Shown piece after piece: positions 9,938 through 20,307 of a stretch of 64,000 bases of DNA. The translations under genes and the position numbers were made by a program. Source of the DNA: a virus (taxonomy: Duplodnaviria > Caudoviricetes); the IMG/VR virus record IMGVR_UViG_2974692648_000001, positions 64,001-128,000 of that record; one strand, 5' to 3'. Position 1 is the first letter of the stretch. Every line of letters starts with the position of its first letter. The notes beneath the pieces were generated by a model that made no database searches, was not told the origin of the DNA, and saw only the letters and a list, made by a program, of their open reading frames with translations.

Positions 9938-11008
9938 ATGTCTGTAAAGATCCCTTCTAACTTTCTTGAACGTCCGCAAATCTATGGACGTGAGAAACCA
10001 GCACATCGCGAACATATAAACGTCGAAGTCTTAAACTACACAACGGAAGACTTGTTCATAAAACGCAGTTCATACAACACCGTGTGTCAACCGCTTACTA
10101 TTATGGACGAGCCAAGATGTTGTGTAGAAGTCATTGTTACTTATTCTTTTAACTTCGAAAACATTCCTTCTTTCTTTGAACCGGAAACTCCACTGGACTT
10201 ATACATCATGTTTAAGATCAGAGAAGCGTACCGCAATAAGTCGGAGGAGGAATTAATCGCATTTGGTGGTCAAATCAATGGACGATTGGTAATCGGGATA
10301 TCCCGTACCAACTTAGGGGAATACGTAGGAAGCGATGGTGGTGTACACTCTCGGCTTTTAAGTATGTCTTTTTATCCCTTCCAAAAACTTGAAAAGGACT
10401 TTGTTAAGATTCCGTCTCCGTTTTATTCTGGTATCACTGTTGATCCCAGTGGTAATCGAGTAGATCGTAATTCTCCAACACAAGTTCTTTATGAGTACGT
10501 AAATAACACCAACCCGGACGCAGTCATTTATACGCCTGTAAACGGTCAGGTGTTGAAACTCGTCCCTAAGCAAGATCCAAATCAAGAAGATGGATTAAAA
10601 CTTACCGTAACTTCTATATTAGGTATGAAAGAAATATTTTCACCAATACCTGATCCGGTTGTTAATCGGGAAAAGTTCTTTAAAGCATTAGAAGATAACA
10701 ATCTTTATTTGTCGTCCTCTGAAGCCTTAGAGTCCATTAATAGTAAATCTTTACAGCAAGCCACATCTATGGTGTCCTCACTGCAAACTAAAGTGAAGGC
10801 GCTAGAGAAGGAAACCCTTACACTGAGGGAAGCACATGGTAAGCTTAAAGAAACGAATAGCAAGCAACAACTCAAACATGAACAAACTTCGGTTTGGAGT
10901 AAATTATTTGAATCGGTAATCAAAGTGCCATTCAACATAATCGGACACTTGCTAGAAGCTAAATTAACCCAGGTCTTAGCACCCAAGTTAATGTCAGCTA
11001 TTTTGTAA
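9938..11008 (+). CDS. conserved hypothetical protein with C-terminal coiled coil
   Basis: ORF 9923..11008; GAGGA RBS before ATG 9938; lies between MCP and the RNAP subunit as in phiKZ-like phages. Confidence 0.75.
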   Translation: MSVKIPSNFLERPQIYGREKPAHREHINVEVLNYTTEDLFIKRSSYNTVCQPLTIMDEPRCCVEVIVTYSFNFENIPSFFEPETPLDLYIMFKIREAYRNKSEEELIAFGGQINGRLVIGISRTNLGEYVGSDGGVHSRLLSMSFYPFQKLEKDFVKIPSPFYSGITVDPSGNRVDRNSPTQVLYEYVNNTNPDAVIYTPVNGQVLKLVPKQDPNQEDGLKLTVTSILGMKEIFSPIPDPVVNREKFFKALEDNNLYLSSSEALESINSKSLQQATSMVSSLQTKVKALEKETLTLREAHGKLKETNSKQQLKHEQTSVWSKLFESVIKVPFNIIGHLLEAKLTQVLAPKLMSAIL

Positions 11009-11053
11009 TCTTACCTATGTGTTACCTCGCTAAAATAATAAGAGGAAACACAA

Positions 11054-12727
11054 ATGGACCCGAGGTTACTTGATGCTATCGACGAAACCATGCCCCGTAT
11101 GAATACGGAGTTAACAAAGGGATTCCATGCACGTCAGTTCGAAGATATCGAAAAATGGTACGAGCGGCAATTACGCATGATCCTAAAGTCGTTAGAATCC
11201 AAAGGGGTGAAGTTTCATGGGTTAAGACCCGTACGCCCCGATGAGATGTTCAAGGTTATTAGCGAAACGACTCAGAACAAAACCTTTGAGACCAATAAAG
11301 AATCACTTTATCCAACACGGCTAGACATCACATACACCGATAATCAAGGTGTGGAGCGTGTCTTCCCTAACATCTACGTTATGCTCCCGTTTACCGACGA
11401 GTATGGCGATATGTATTTACGTGACTCTTTATACTCATTGCAGATCGTTCTCGCAGACCGTGGTCTGAGTGTTACCAAAGATGAACAGATCTTTGTGAGA
11501 ATTCTTGGTTACAAGTTCAAAATAGGCACGGAGAACATCGGTTTCGATCGATTGTATCCGAGCTTAAATGGCAACCGTACTGCACCCATGCAGCTTAACT
11601 TGCCCGCCAACCGCTTCTATACACCAAAAGAAGCGTGGCGAGTTAACCCGAAGAAAGTACCTGAACCTTTATTGGCTTGGTACATGTTCGCGGAATACGG
11701 TGTAACCAAAACGATGGAAAAATATGGTGAATGCGAAATTGCCGTAGGGGAAAGTGATGTCATTAGTGACAGCTACCCTGAAAGCGAAGGTTGGGAGATC
11801 TACGCAAATAGTGGTCGACGTTCAGAGAGACAGTTGACGAAGACTTCTATTTTCAACTCCTTTGCGATTGCGGTTCGTCCGTTAAATCGTAAACGGGGAG
11901 AGATTCCAACAGTGACATTACAATACGTAGCAAGTTTAATATTCTTGTTTGATTGCGGTTCCACGCTAGTTGATTTAGATCGACTAGATGACCGAATGTT
12001 CTGGCGTTTGATTATTGGTATGTCGTCCATGTCCTCTCGAGGCGGTGCGGATAACATATTGCGTCAAATGAAAGACCATTTTCAAAGCATCTATGAATAC
12101 ATGGATGAGAGTTCAATCAAGCGCTTTGCAGCGCAACGAATTGTTGTGAATGATATGTTCGATTTGTTCAACTACATCATCGCAAACCGTACTGAAATCG
12201 TTAAAACTGTCGACCGAGCTGATATGCTCCATAAAGAAGTCTGTTCACTAGAATACACGATGGACCGTCTCATCGTCCGAGCTAATCGTTTTAAACACGA
12301 TATTAAAAATATCACTGATCTGAACACGAGCAAGGTAGGTCACACTATCGTCCGCTGGTTTGGTCTAAGAGATATAGAACCCGCCGCCCGAGAATCTAAC
12401 TTGATCCAAGAGTCAACACCAACCGATTGCCCATTGGCAGATTATGTGTTAGGTGTCATGACTCAGGCTAAGGTTTGTTCAACACGAGGCAGCAAACGAG
12501 CTGGCTTTAACGTCAGCGACCCGGCTAACGGTATTCATCCGTCGTTACCATTCACTATGTCTCCTGAGCGCATTACTAAACCGGATCCAGATGGTCGTGG
12601 GTATCTTAGCCCAACCGTTCATTTGAATCTGTCTAATTGTATCGTGCTTGATCCAAAACTTCGGGATTTGTATAACGCCACTACTGCTCGTTTGACGACA
12701 CGTCAGCCGAGAGACAACCAAAAATGA
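11054..12727 (+). CDS. non-virion RNA polymerase beta-like subunit (phiKZ gp123-like)
   Basis: 557 aa; LPFTDEYGDMYLRDSLYSLQIVLADRGLSV and TKPDPDGRGYLSP segments resemble the split nvRNAP beta N-terminal subunit; synteny. Confidence 0.75.
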   Translation: MDPRLLDAIDETMPRMNTELTKGFHARQFEDIEKWYERQLRMILKSLESKGVKFHGLRPVRPDEMFKVISETTQNKTFETNKESLYPTRLDITYTDNQGVERVFPNIYVMLPFTDEYGDMYLRDSLYSLQIVLADRGLSVTKDEQIFVRILGYKFKIGTENIGFDRLYPSLNGNRTAPMQLNLPANRFYTPKEAWRVNPKKVPEPLLAWYMFAEYGVTKTMEKYGECEIAVGESDVISDSYPESEGWEIYANSGRRSERQLTKTSIFNSFAIAVRPLNRKRGEIPTVTLQYVASLIFLFDCGSTLVDLDRLDDRMFWRLIIGMSSMSSRGGADNILRQMKDHFQSIYEYMDESSIKRFAAQRIVVNDMFDLFNYIIANRTEIVKTVDRADMLHKEVCSLEYTMDRLIVRANRFKHDIKNITDLNTSKVGHTIVRWFGLRDIEPAARESNLIQESTPTDCPLADYVLGVMTQAKVCSTRGSKRAGFNVSDPANGIHPSLPFTMSPERITKPDPDGRGYLSPTVHLNLSNCIVLDPKLRDLYNATTARLTTRQPRDNQK

Positions 12728-12763
12728 GTCATCAAAACCCAAACTTTCCACTGTGAAAATCAG

Positions 12764-13033
12764 TTGAGAAGTATTAGAGCTAACCACAAGACAAATTATT
12801 TTGCTGAACTCAATGTTAAATTCAATGGCGGACCTATCCAACCTGAAGAACCAACACAAAGCGTCAGCACGTCACCTGACACCCAGTCAGAGTGGGTGGC
12901 TAAAAAGGTTCCTCAACTTCTCTTACTTAAAGAGATCAACGCCCTTCGTGACAAATTAGAAATGCCACGATTAAAAGCTCGTTGGTCCCCTAACGGTGAT
13001 ATCATTGATATCGAGGAAGAACCATGCAAGTAA
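12764..13033 (+). CDS. hypothetical protein (start uncertain)
   Basis: 89 aa from a weak TTG; in frame with the RNAP stop; overlaps the next start. Confidence 0.5.
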   Translation: MRSIRANHKTNYFAELNVKFNGGPIQPEEPTQSVSTSPDTQSEWVAKKVPQLLLLKEINALRDKLEMPRLKARWSPNGDIIDIEEEPCK

Positions 13034-13761
13034 AATTAAGTGAATTGTCGTCACAACAATTAACGGAAACCATGATTGAGAGGCAGCACTTCGATGAAAA
13101 GTTGCTACGTGATTGGCTGAGTGTAAAATCGGAGATGGGTGAATTAGATTCACTACCTATGACTCTGAACATCGAAATCGACGGTAAATTCTATAACGTC
13201 ATTGTACCAATGAATACCCCGGAATACGCTTGTATCTCGAACCTTCCGTTTTATCCGGTGGCGGTGGCTAAGACTAAGTTAGAATACCACGAAATAGCCG
13301 ACTCCATAATCCTGAGTGATTACAAGTCACATGGTGTGGTTTCGAGCGCTATGCGTGAATTCCTGGTCATGGCTCAAAACAAGCAGAACTCTTATCCCTT
13401 CATTTATGAGATAGTGACGGAGGATGAAAAGCTTACTTTGAGCATGTTGACTGAGAACGCACTTCATATGAATCCTTCGGAGTGGACTGCTCGTTATGTC
13501 GATTACCAAGACTTAACTGTTTATAACCGTAAATCACTCAATGAGCGCGTTGAGGGTGGTCCCACTAATTCATCCGACGAGATGTTCAAAGAAGTTGGTA
13601 ACTCTTTACAGGAAGCCATACAGGAAGTTAAAGAGTCACCCCTGGGTGAGCACATCGAAGGTGGTATGGGTGAAGACGGTCGTTACGTAGTTAAAACCTT
13701 CCGTCAGTTCCATACCCGTGAAGAGTACTTGGATTACATGCGTAAAGTCATGGACCTATAA
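13024..13761 (+). CDS. hypothetical protein
   Basis: 245 aa ORF with GAGGA RBS. Confidence 0.75.
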   Translation: MQVKLSELSSQQLTETMIERQHFDEKLLRDWLSVKSEMGELDSLPMTLNIEIDGKFYNVIVPMNTPEYACISNLPFYPVAVAKTKLEYHEIADSIILSDYKSHGVVSSAMREFLVMAQNKQNSYPFIYEIVTEDEKLTLSMLTENALHMNPSEWTARYVDYQDLTVYNRKSLNERVEGGPTNSSDEMFKEVGNSLQEAIQEVKESPLGEHIEGGMGEDGRYVVKTFRQFHTREEYLDYMRKVMDL

Positions 13762-13769
13762 TAAAGACC

Positions 13770-13801
13770 TAACCCTACCTCCCGTAAAGGAGGTAGGGTT
13801 A
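13770..13801 (+). terminator. intrinsic terminator (repeated hairpin family)
   Basis: TAACCCTACCTCC-CGTAAA-GGAGGTAGGGTTA followed by a T-rich tract. Confidence 0.8.
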
Positions 13802-13842
13802 TCTTTACTTTCTTATTTTTTTAACATACAGTTTGTTTCAAA

Positions 13843-13861
13843 CCTATATAACCTAAGTGTA
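13843..13861 (+). promoter_or_regulatory. putative early promoter
   Basis: CCTATATAACCTAAGTGTA, member of the repeated motif. Confidence 0.5.
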
Positions 13862-13913
13862 TAAACATGAGTATATACGAAACTTAATCATTAACCTTAA
13901 GAAGGAACACACC

Positions 13914-14387
13914 ATGACTAACACTAACAAATCTCAAGAAACTAAAGCTACTCAAACTCAACCTATCATCACTGACGATTTCGATAAACCAGTGATCGGT
14001 AAGAATGAAGCAGTAGTTAATCCAACACCAGAACATGTTGACGATAAACCAAAAACTGAAGAAGAAGTTAGAGAAGAAGTTAAATCTAACATCAACATTT
14101 ACACTTTGGCGGGTGGTCTTATCGGCGCAGGCATAGGTGCGGCACGTACTAAATCCGTTGCTGGCTTTTGCACCGGGGTGGGTGCGTCAGCGGCAGCTAG
14201 CTGGATGACGGCTAAAGGTGAAGCTGAGCCACTTAAAGATGCGGCTAAAGGTCTACTTGCCGGGTTTGCCTCTAGTGTGCTTGTGAGCGAAGCACTCGCT
14301 TATACTAACATTGGGTCGGATTCATCACATGATTCTGACGAAGTAATCAAGACTGTAACTGAAACAGTAACTGAGAGTGAAGAGTAA
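13914..14387 (+). CDS. glycine-zipper membrane protein
   Basis: AAGGA RBS before ATG 13914; LAGGLIGAGIGAA and KGLLAGFAS segments. Confidence 0.75.
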   Translation: MTNTNKSQETKATQTQPIITDDFDKPVIGKNEAVVNPTPEHVDDKPKTEEEVREEVKSNINIYTLAGGLIGAGIGAARTKSVAGFCTGVGASAAASWMTAKGEAEPLKDAAKGLLAGFASSVLVSEALAYTNIGSDSSHDSDEVIKTVTETVTESEE

Positions 14388-14388
14388 C

Positions 14389-14694
14389 ATGGAAGAAATA
14401 ACCAAAGAGTTTTCAAAAACATACTACATTAACACCTCAACATTAGGTGGTGGGTTAATTGGTTCAGCGTTAGGAGGTTTAATTACTAACTCCTGTACTG
14501 GTGTGGTGAGCGGTGCTATTAACTCTGTCATCTACGCTACGTCTTCTGAACCTCGTCCGGAAGATGAAGAACCAGCTCCTTTACGAGATACTGTTAAAGG
14601 TCTTCTCATGGGAGCGGCGACGGCGACGATTACCGGATCCCTCGCTAACTCCATCTTTGGATCCAAAGACGATTCAGATGAAGTAGAGAAATAA
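14389..14694 (+). CDS. glycine-zipper membrane protein, tandem paralog of the previous gene
   Basis: INTSTLGGGLIGSALGG ... PLRDTVKGLLMGAA aligns with INIYTLAGGLIGAGIGA ... PLKDAAKGLLAGFA. Confidence 0.75.
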   Translation: MEEITKEFSKTYYINTSTLGGGLIGSALGGLITNSCTGVVSGAINSVIYATSSEPRPEDEEPAPLRDTVKGLLMGAATATITGSLANSIFGSKDDSDEVEK

Positions 14695-14700
14695 ATAGAT

Positions 14701-14734
14701 TAAGATGTTATGGGTGAAAGCCCGTAACATCTTA
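14701..14734 (+). terminator. stem-loop terminator
   Basis: TAAGATGTTATGGGT-GAAA-GCCCGTAACATCTTA followed by a T-tract. Confidence 0.65.
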
Positions 14735-14774
14735 CTAACTAATTTTTTTGTCTATTCTAATAAGGTCGAGTCCA

Positions 14775-15140
14775 ATGAGCATTGAAGTCGCACCACACCC
14801 AGTACCGTTTCTTAAAGAAGCGTTTACACTGGGTGACATTCAAGACTTTAAACCCCGACTAAATAAGTTGTTGGTTGAGGAAAACATTCCTGACGATTAT
14901 TGTCATCCTTCGTTAGTGATGTGTAAAAACGTGCTTTACGATAAAGGCTGGTACCGTGGGGACGCGGAACTCACTCATAACGTCAGCGTGGTTTTTCTAT
15001 GGTGGTATCATAAGTGTGGTAATCGAGAACGGTTACTAAAGCACGCTTACGACCACTTCCATTTATTAGGTGATCATAACTTCAAATTCTTTGGTCACTT
15101 AGATGCGTTATACGACGCTTACGTTTCAATGAAAAAGTAA
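14775..15140 (+). CDS. hypothetical protein
   Basis: ORF 14748..15140; probable start at MSIEV. Confidence 0.65.
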   Translation: MSIEVAPHPVPFLKEAFTLGDIQDFKPRLNKLLVEENIPDDYCHPSLVMCKNVLYDKGWYRGDAELTHNVSVVFLWWYHKCGNRERLLKHAYDHFHLLGDHNFKFFGHLDALYDAYVSMKK

Positions 15141-15142
15141 AT

Positions 15143-15176
15143 AATACCTACCATCCCTTTGGGGATGGTAGGTATT
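15143..15176. terminator. bidirectional terminator (repeated hairpin family)
   Basis: AATACCTACCATCCC-TTTG-GGGATGGTAGGTATT between convergent genes. Confidence 0.8.
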
Positions 15177-15193
15177 TAAGTTATCTTTATTTT

Positions 15194-18115
15194 TTAGTCT
15201 TTCGGTTCTTCCAGTTCGTCAGGTTCTTCTTCCTCTTCCGTCTCTTCTTCGAGATCTTCAGATTCTTCTAAACCTTCTTCTTCATCTGAAAGTTCTTCTG
15301 ACTCTTCATCTAGTTCAGTTTCTTCAGATTCTTCCGACGCTTCATCATCAAATGATTCTTCTTCAAAATCGTCACTGAACTCATCGGCACCGGAGTTTTC
15401 TTCTAACTCCTCACCTTCACCTTCACTTCCTTCTGGGAGCGCTAGTGGATCGTCCCCTTCCCCTTCTTGGAATTCACTTTCAGGTTGAGGCATCGCTTTC
15501 ATTAGACGTTCGATGCGGTCATCAAATTGTTTCATGTATTCAATCATGAAGTGACCCAAGTTCTCGTTAAAGTAATCGAGTTCATTGAGCAATGAATACA
15601 TACCACCTTCTTTACCTTTGTTCATGATGTCATCGAACGGAGTAGGAACGTTAAACAACTTGAAAGCACGGAAACGAATAACTGCTGCAAACTGAGCTTC
15701 CAACTCGTCTGGTGCTAAGCGTTCGGTGTCAATGTTCATGCGGGATAGTAAAGGACCCATGATACCTTTAGCCGCAGACATCTCAACAACTTTCAAAGAC
15801 CACTCTTCAGCTAGCTCCATTTTCTCTTTGATCTTAGTCACCGACTCCATGGTCGTAGGACGAGGAAGTTCTACGTAGAAGTTCTGAATAAAGTCATTCA
15901 GAATAATCATCGCTTTCTCTTTCTCGTTACCCTTGATTTGTTCTTTGGAATCAGGTGTCCAGATCTTACGAGGAGCTTCTAGGATAACATCAATCAAACG
16001 GTTCATGACTTGTTCGTTCACCATAAGGTTCTTACGAATAACGTCACTCAACATCTTCGCTAATTGAGACTGATACATGATCGTTTGGTTACATAACGTT
16101 TCTTGTTCAGCCAAAGCTTCTATCTGGAAGTTGTTACCATTCTCGTCTCGTTCATCCAGCCAACTACGAGGTAAACCAAATGTATTAGCAATAGACGCTA
16201 ACAAGTACTGGCGTGAATCTTCATCCACACGTTTAAACCCGGTACGATCGATTTGGTTTAACTGCATTTGTGGTGCAGTGACGAATTTGTTGTCCCCTGC
16301 CTCCACACGAATAAGAAGAGACTGTTCTTTAAGAGCATCCACGATCATCGGCATGGAGAGTGTGCCGGTGGAGATCAAGTTGTGCACTGTAGGGTTGGAC
16401 TTAAAGAACTCATAACGAGCCATAGAGATCGTTAGATCAGGGTCTGTATCCTGAGACTCTAACGCTACCACCAACTCATTACGTGTCTGAGCATTATCGA
16501 GCTGAGCTAGTGCGTCCGCTACATCCAAAGCTGCCAAGCGAGCGATAAAGTCTTTAGCTTGTGTAGTCAAAGACTCACCGATACCTAGGCGGTTATGTTG
16601 GAATGCCATGTAAGTGAAGTAACATTCGGGAATGTACAATACACGTGTGCGTTGTTGTTGGAAAGCACGCTCTAAGAACAGCTTTAACACGTCTTCTTCT
16701 AAATCAATAGAAAGGTCTTCACCATCCCCACCGGACCACACCGCTTGATACAGTTCCTTTTCGATTTGGTTTTTCGCAATCATAGCGAATTGACTCATAT
16801 CGAAATCACACTCACCACCTTGTTGAACTTTACGCAAGTTAGCAATCAAAGTATTAGTGTCTGTACCAGAAGGTTTATCGTCGATCTTATTGGCTTGCGC
16901 ACTTAGTGACTGGTAGAACTGATAATCCTTACTCATTTTCAGGAATTCACCGTTCTCATCAATCAGAGCATAACCACCACGAAGGCGCTTTACATCACCG
17001 TGAACATGGATTGGGATAAAACACTCACTTGGCAAGTGATAACCCAACGGTGTTCCCCAAGGTGCCTGAGAATAAACTCTAGGGTTACGAATAGACTGAG
17101 CGCTCTTAGTTGGATAACTACGTTCACCCGGCATGACTTGTTGCAATGCTTCTTGCTGAGCCAAGTTAAGATTCTTAGTCTTAGCGCCTGGATTAGGTTG
17201 TTTAGTTTTACTCTTAGCCTTACCCTTAGAGTTTAGTTCGTCGGTTTTGTTGAGTCGGTTGTTGATGTAGTTGCTGATCGACTCATTACCTTCGATGTTA
17301 CTCAAACGCTCCTTTATACGTTGACGCATATTTTGCATCGCCAACACACTAACGTTATCGGTTACAGTAATCCCGAACTCCGGAGAGACGATGGGGAATT
17401 CGTATTCGTCATTCTTCTCCTCACCCCAGACTGACTCTAAGCCACCTACGTCTTTCTTACTTGGATCTGAAACGTAACCGATGTTGCGTGCCAGACGCAT
17501 CTTACGATTACCTACAGTAGTCTCTTTAAAGACCTTACTCATCTCCGATTCGATTTCTTGACGGTAAGTTTGTTTAGAGAAAGATTCATTACCTTCAACC
17601 AACTGGTTGCCGTTAATAATGTTATCAAGCGCAGGGCGTGTAATGTTAAGCTTAACATAACTGCCGCTACCAACGAGCAAGTCCGAAACCATTTGAGGTA
17701 ATTCGTCCTCGATTTTATAGTCGTTGGTGTAGTACTCACTTAAGACTTTTAACAAACTTTCATGAAGTTTGGTGTTCTTAAATTGACTCGAGTTGGAATC
17801 GTAAGTGAGGATGTTTTTGGTTGCACCGTTAGGATGCAATATCAACGTTTTCCAAATCACCTCAGCTTTAGTGATGTACGGTGTGATTTTCTTTAAATCC
17901 ACCGTAGCGTTGATCGTATTAGCGATAATGTCGCCTAAGCTCTTTAACTTACGACCTTCTACACGACGTAATTGTTCTTCTTCTGTCCCGGTACCAGTAG
18001 ATCTTGTTTCCGCTACTCGAACGTTAAGAATAGCTTCTAAAGGTTTAGGGACGTGCGTTAGCGATTTACGAAGTTTCGTAAGATCGGTTCGAGTATTACC
18101 TCTCGTTCCTGTCAT
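15194..18115 (-). CDS. putative portal protein (phiKZ gp129-like)
   Basis: 973 aa head protein with G-x-E-S cleavage-type motifs, an FQHNRLGIGESL segment and an acidic tail; divergent from a gp128-like gene as in phiKZ (recalled synteny). Confidence 0.65.
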   Translation of the reverse strand: MTGTRGNTRTDLTKLRKSLTHVPKPLEAILNVRVAETRSTGTGTEEEQLRRVEGRKLKSLGDIIANTINATVDLKKITPYITKAEVIWKTLILHPNGATKNILTYDSNSSQFKNTKLHESLLKVLSEYYTNDYKIEDELPQMVSDLLVGSGSYVKLNITRPALDNIINGNQLVEGNESFSKQTYRQEIESEMSKVFKETTVGNRKMRLARNIGYVSDPSKKDVGGLESVWGEEKNDEYEFPIVSPEFGITVTDNVSVLAMQNMRQRIKERLSNIEGNESISNYINNRLNKTDELNSKGKAKSKTKQPNPGAKTKNLNLAQQEALQQVMPGERSYPTKSAQSIRNPRVYSQAPWGTPLGYHLPSECFIPIHVHGDVKRLRGGYALIDENGEFLKMSKDYQFYQSLSAQANKIDDKPSGTDTNTLIANLRKVQQGGECDFDMSQFAMIAKNQIEKELYQAVWSGGDGEDLSIDLEEDVLKLFLERAFQQQRTRVLYIPECYFTYMAFQHNRLGIGESLTTQAKDFIARLAALDVADALAQLDNAQTRNELVVALESQDTDPDLTISMARYEFFKSNPTVHNLISTGTLSMPMIVDALKEQSLLIRVEAGDNKFVTAPQMQLNQIDRTGFKRVDEDSRQYLLASIANTFGLPRSWLDERDENGNNFQIEALAEQETLCNQTIMYQSQLAKMLSDVIRKNLMVNEQVMNRLIDVILEAPRKIWTPDSKEQIKGNEKEKAMIILNDFIQNFYVELPRPTTMESVTKIKEKMELAEEWSLKVVEMSAAKGIMGPLLSRMNIDTERLAPDELEAQFAAVIRFRAFKLFNVPTPFDDIMNKGKEGGMYSLLNELDYFNENLGHFMIEYMKQFDDRIERLMKAMPQPESEFQEGEGDDPLALPEGSEGEGEELEENSGADEFSDDFEEESFDDEASEESEETELDEESEELSDEEEGLEESEDLEEETEEEEEPDELEEPKD

Positions 18116-18135
18116 AACACCCTCTTGGATAAACT

Positions 18136-20247
18136 ATGGAAAATATTGAATTTAACGCCCACGTGGAGAGCGTACTCAGTTTAATGCGTACCTTGGTTAT
18201 CAAATGTGAAGCCATCGGCGTCACCGATAACCGTCTCCTCGCAGAAGCGGGGTACCCGGTGTCCGAAGATAAACGCAAGTGGCGTTACTATCTAAATATG
18301 ACCGGGGAATACCATGAGACTGATGAACCCATGTACGTGGCTTCCATTGATAATGGAGACCAAATACTGTTTAGTAAGAACAGCTTGGATATACACTTAG
18401 CAACACGCCGAGCTTACCAACCTGGAACTTACTGGTATAAACGATTGACCGAACAGTTTCCTGGTCAAATCGATCTAATCAACGGGATTATGGACCCCAT
18501 TGATATGGAAACCGCCATCACAGCCGAAGACTATAAGATCTTACGATACAACAAAGATCTTATCGAATCTAACGAAGATCAGTTGATTCCCGGGTTGCAA
18601 AGATGGATTAACGCCTACACACAGCGTCACTTTAAAAGTGATTACATCTATACGGAAAACTTACAACTCCCTATAGATTTAGCAACGATGTACGGACTTA
18701 TGATTCCCTTGGTATTAATACTAAGGTTAGAAGCTTTTGGTACTCGCAATGTATCAGACTATCATGTCTGGAACCGTTTAAACTCTTATGGTGACTTCCG
18801 TACCTATCGTGCAGGGTTGGGTGATAAACAAAAGATGTGGTTGTACCGTAATATTGAATATTTACGTAATAACTTGGGTAAGAACTTCACCTTAGAACAA
18901 CTCATTGATAACTTGTTGACTCCCGAATCTATCCCTATCTTCCACTACCGTTCTCTCATTAATACGGAGAAAATGGAAGAACAACAAGGTCAACCTGAAG
19001 GTCTGTTCACCAAAGAGCGTCTCAACTTCAAAGAACTTGAATACGACACCGGGGAACGATTCACCAATAAACAACTCTTGACCTTAGAAGAACCTATGGC
19101 AAGAGATAACTCCACACTCCGTGCTTACCATGAAGTACTGGTGGAACCTGAGTCCAAAGAAGCGACCTTTAATGACCTCAGTACTAAAGTCCTAGATTCC
19201 ACCATGGAAGACTACACCAACCGTCATGATGACACGTTGATGAAGACATTATTCCATGAATGGATTTACATGTCTAAGCATAACCTGTACGAATCCATTG
19301 TAGACTTTGTGGATCCACTTAACGGCAACCATGTCCGACTCAATACCACCGACGCTTTAATATACTGGCAGTTATTGTTGCGTTCGTACTTAGGTACTCC
19401 GGTAGAGGTCATTGATCCATTTTGGTTCCAATGGGTGATGACCAAAAAGCTTCGTGATTGGGAAACTTTCCGTGCAGCCGGACCTTCCCCGCAATTGCAT
19501 GATTTTGTGGTGACGGATATTCGTAAACAGTGGGTACCTACACTTAAGGTGATCTCCCCTGATACTTTCTTTGATCAATGTTTTGAAATACATCAAGCAA
19601 AGTGGAAGGCTAGGAAGATTTACTCACAACACGATGAGCTATACCAACACGCTTACACTAAAGAGTGTGTGCGTCGTTTGTACGATCACGGTGTCTACTG
19701 GTTACACGACCCTGAAACTTATCCTTCGGCACAATCTTGGTTGGACGATAAAGAACTCCATTTGGCGCATTACTCGAAATCTGAACTAATTGAGTTGTGT
19801 TGGGAGATCTTTACTAAGGCAACTGGTTGGGATGTCAAAGGCGTGGTGTCTCTACGACAAATCCAATCCAACTTAGTTTCTTTGATGACCGACCTAAGTT
19901 CATACACCATTCAGATATTGAAAGATATTGACGATGGCAACACTACGGCTGAAAACAAAGACGCAGTGCACCTCGGTTTGACTGGTGACAACTACATGAG
20001 TAACGTAGGGGATTACTTAGTTAATCCAATCATTCCGGTAGATATCCATGCAGTCCCTTTAGCTGGACTTAATGAATACCTTATCCAGATTGATAACCGT
20101 AACCATCACGAAACCCTAGTAGCTAGTTGTTCAGACTATGTTAAGGGTGAGGTCGACATTAACATCCAAGAAATCCCACGCGATAACGTTGCTAACCTCA
20201 AGATCCCTCATCATGTTGGAATTAGAGAAGCAACCTGGGCGTACTAA
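18136..20247 (+). CDS. virion structural protein (phiKZ gp128-like)
   Basis: 703 aa; WRYYLNMTGEYH and WLYRNIEYLRNNLGK segments typical of this family; synteny. Confidence 0.7.
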   Translation: MENIEFNAHVESVLSLMRTLVIKCEAIGVTDNRLLAEAGYPVSEDKRKWRYYLNMTGEYHETDEPMYVASIDNGDQILFSKNSLDIHLATRRAYQPGTYWYKRLTEQFPGQIDLINGIMDPIDMETAITAEDYKILRYNKDLIESNEDQLIPGLQRWINAYTQRHFKSDYIYTENLQLPIDLATMYGLMIPLVLILRLEAFGTRNVSDYHVWNRLNSYGDFRTYRAGLGDKQKMWLYRNIEYLRNNLGKNFTLEQLIDNLLTPESIPIFHYRSLINTEKMEEQQGQPEGLFTKERLNFKELEYDTGERFTNKQLLTLEEPMARDNSTLRAYHEVLVEPESKEATFNDLSTKVLDSTMEDYTNRHDDTLMKTLFHEWIYMSKHNLYESIVDFVDPLNGNHVRLNTTDALIYWQLLLRSYLGTPVEVIDPFWFQWVMTKKLRDWETFRAAGPSPQLHDFVVTDIRKQWVPTLKVISPDTFFDQCFEIHQAKWKARKIYSQHDELYQHAYTKECVRRLYDHGVYWLHDPETYPSAQSWLDDKELHLAHYSKSELIELCWEIFTKATGWDVKGVVSLRQIQSNLVSLMTDLSSYTIQILKDIDDGNTTAENKDAVHLGLTGDNYMSNVGDYLVNPIIPVDIHAVPLAGLNEYLIQIDNRNHHETLVASCSDYVKGEVDINIQEIPRDNVANLKIPHHVGIREATWAY

Positions 20248-20307
20248 TTTACTAAATCCCTAATGGTATGATAACCATTACAATTTGATCAAAAAGGATC
20301 TCTACAC

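Noticed and set aside
16077-18149. Short antisense or alternative-frame ORFs inside long genes (here in the portal, and similarly elsewhere)
   Set aside because: They lie fully within well-supported genes and show no recognisable motifs; treated as shadow ORFs
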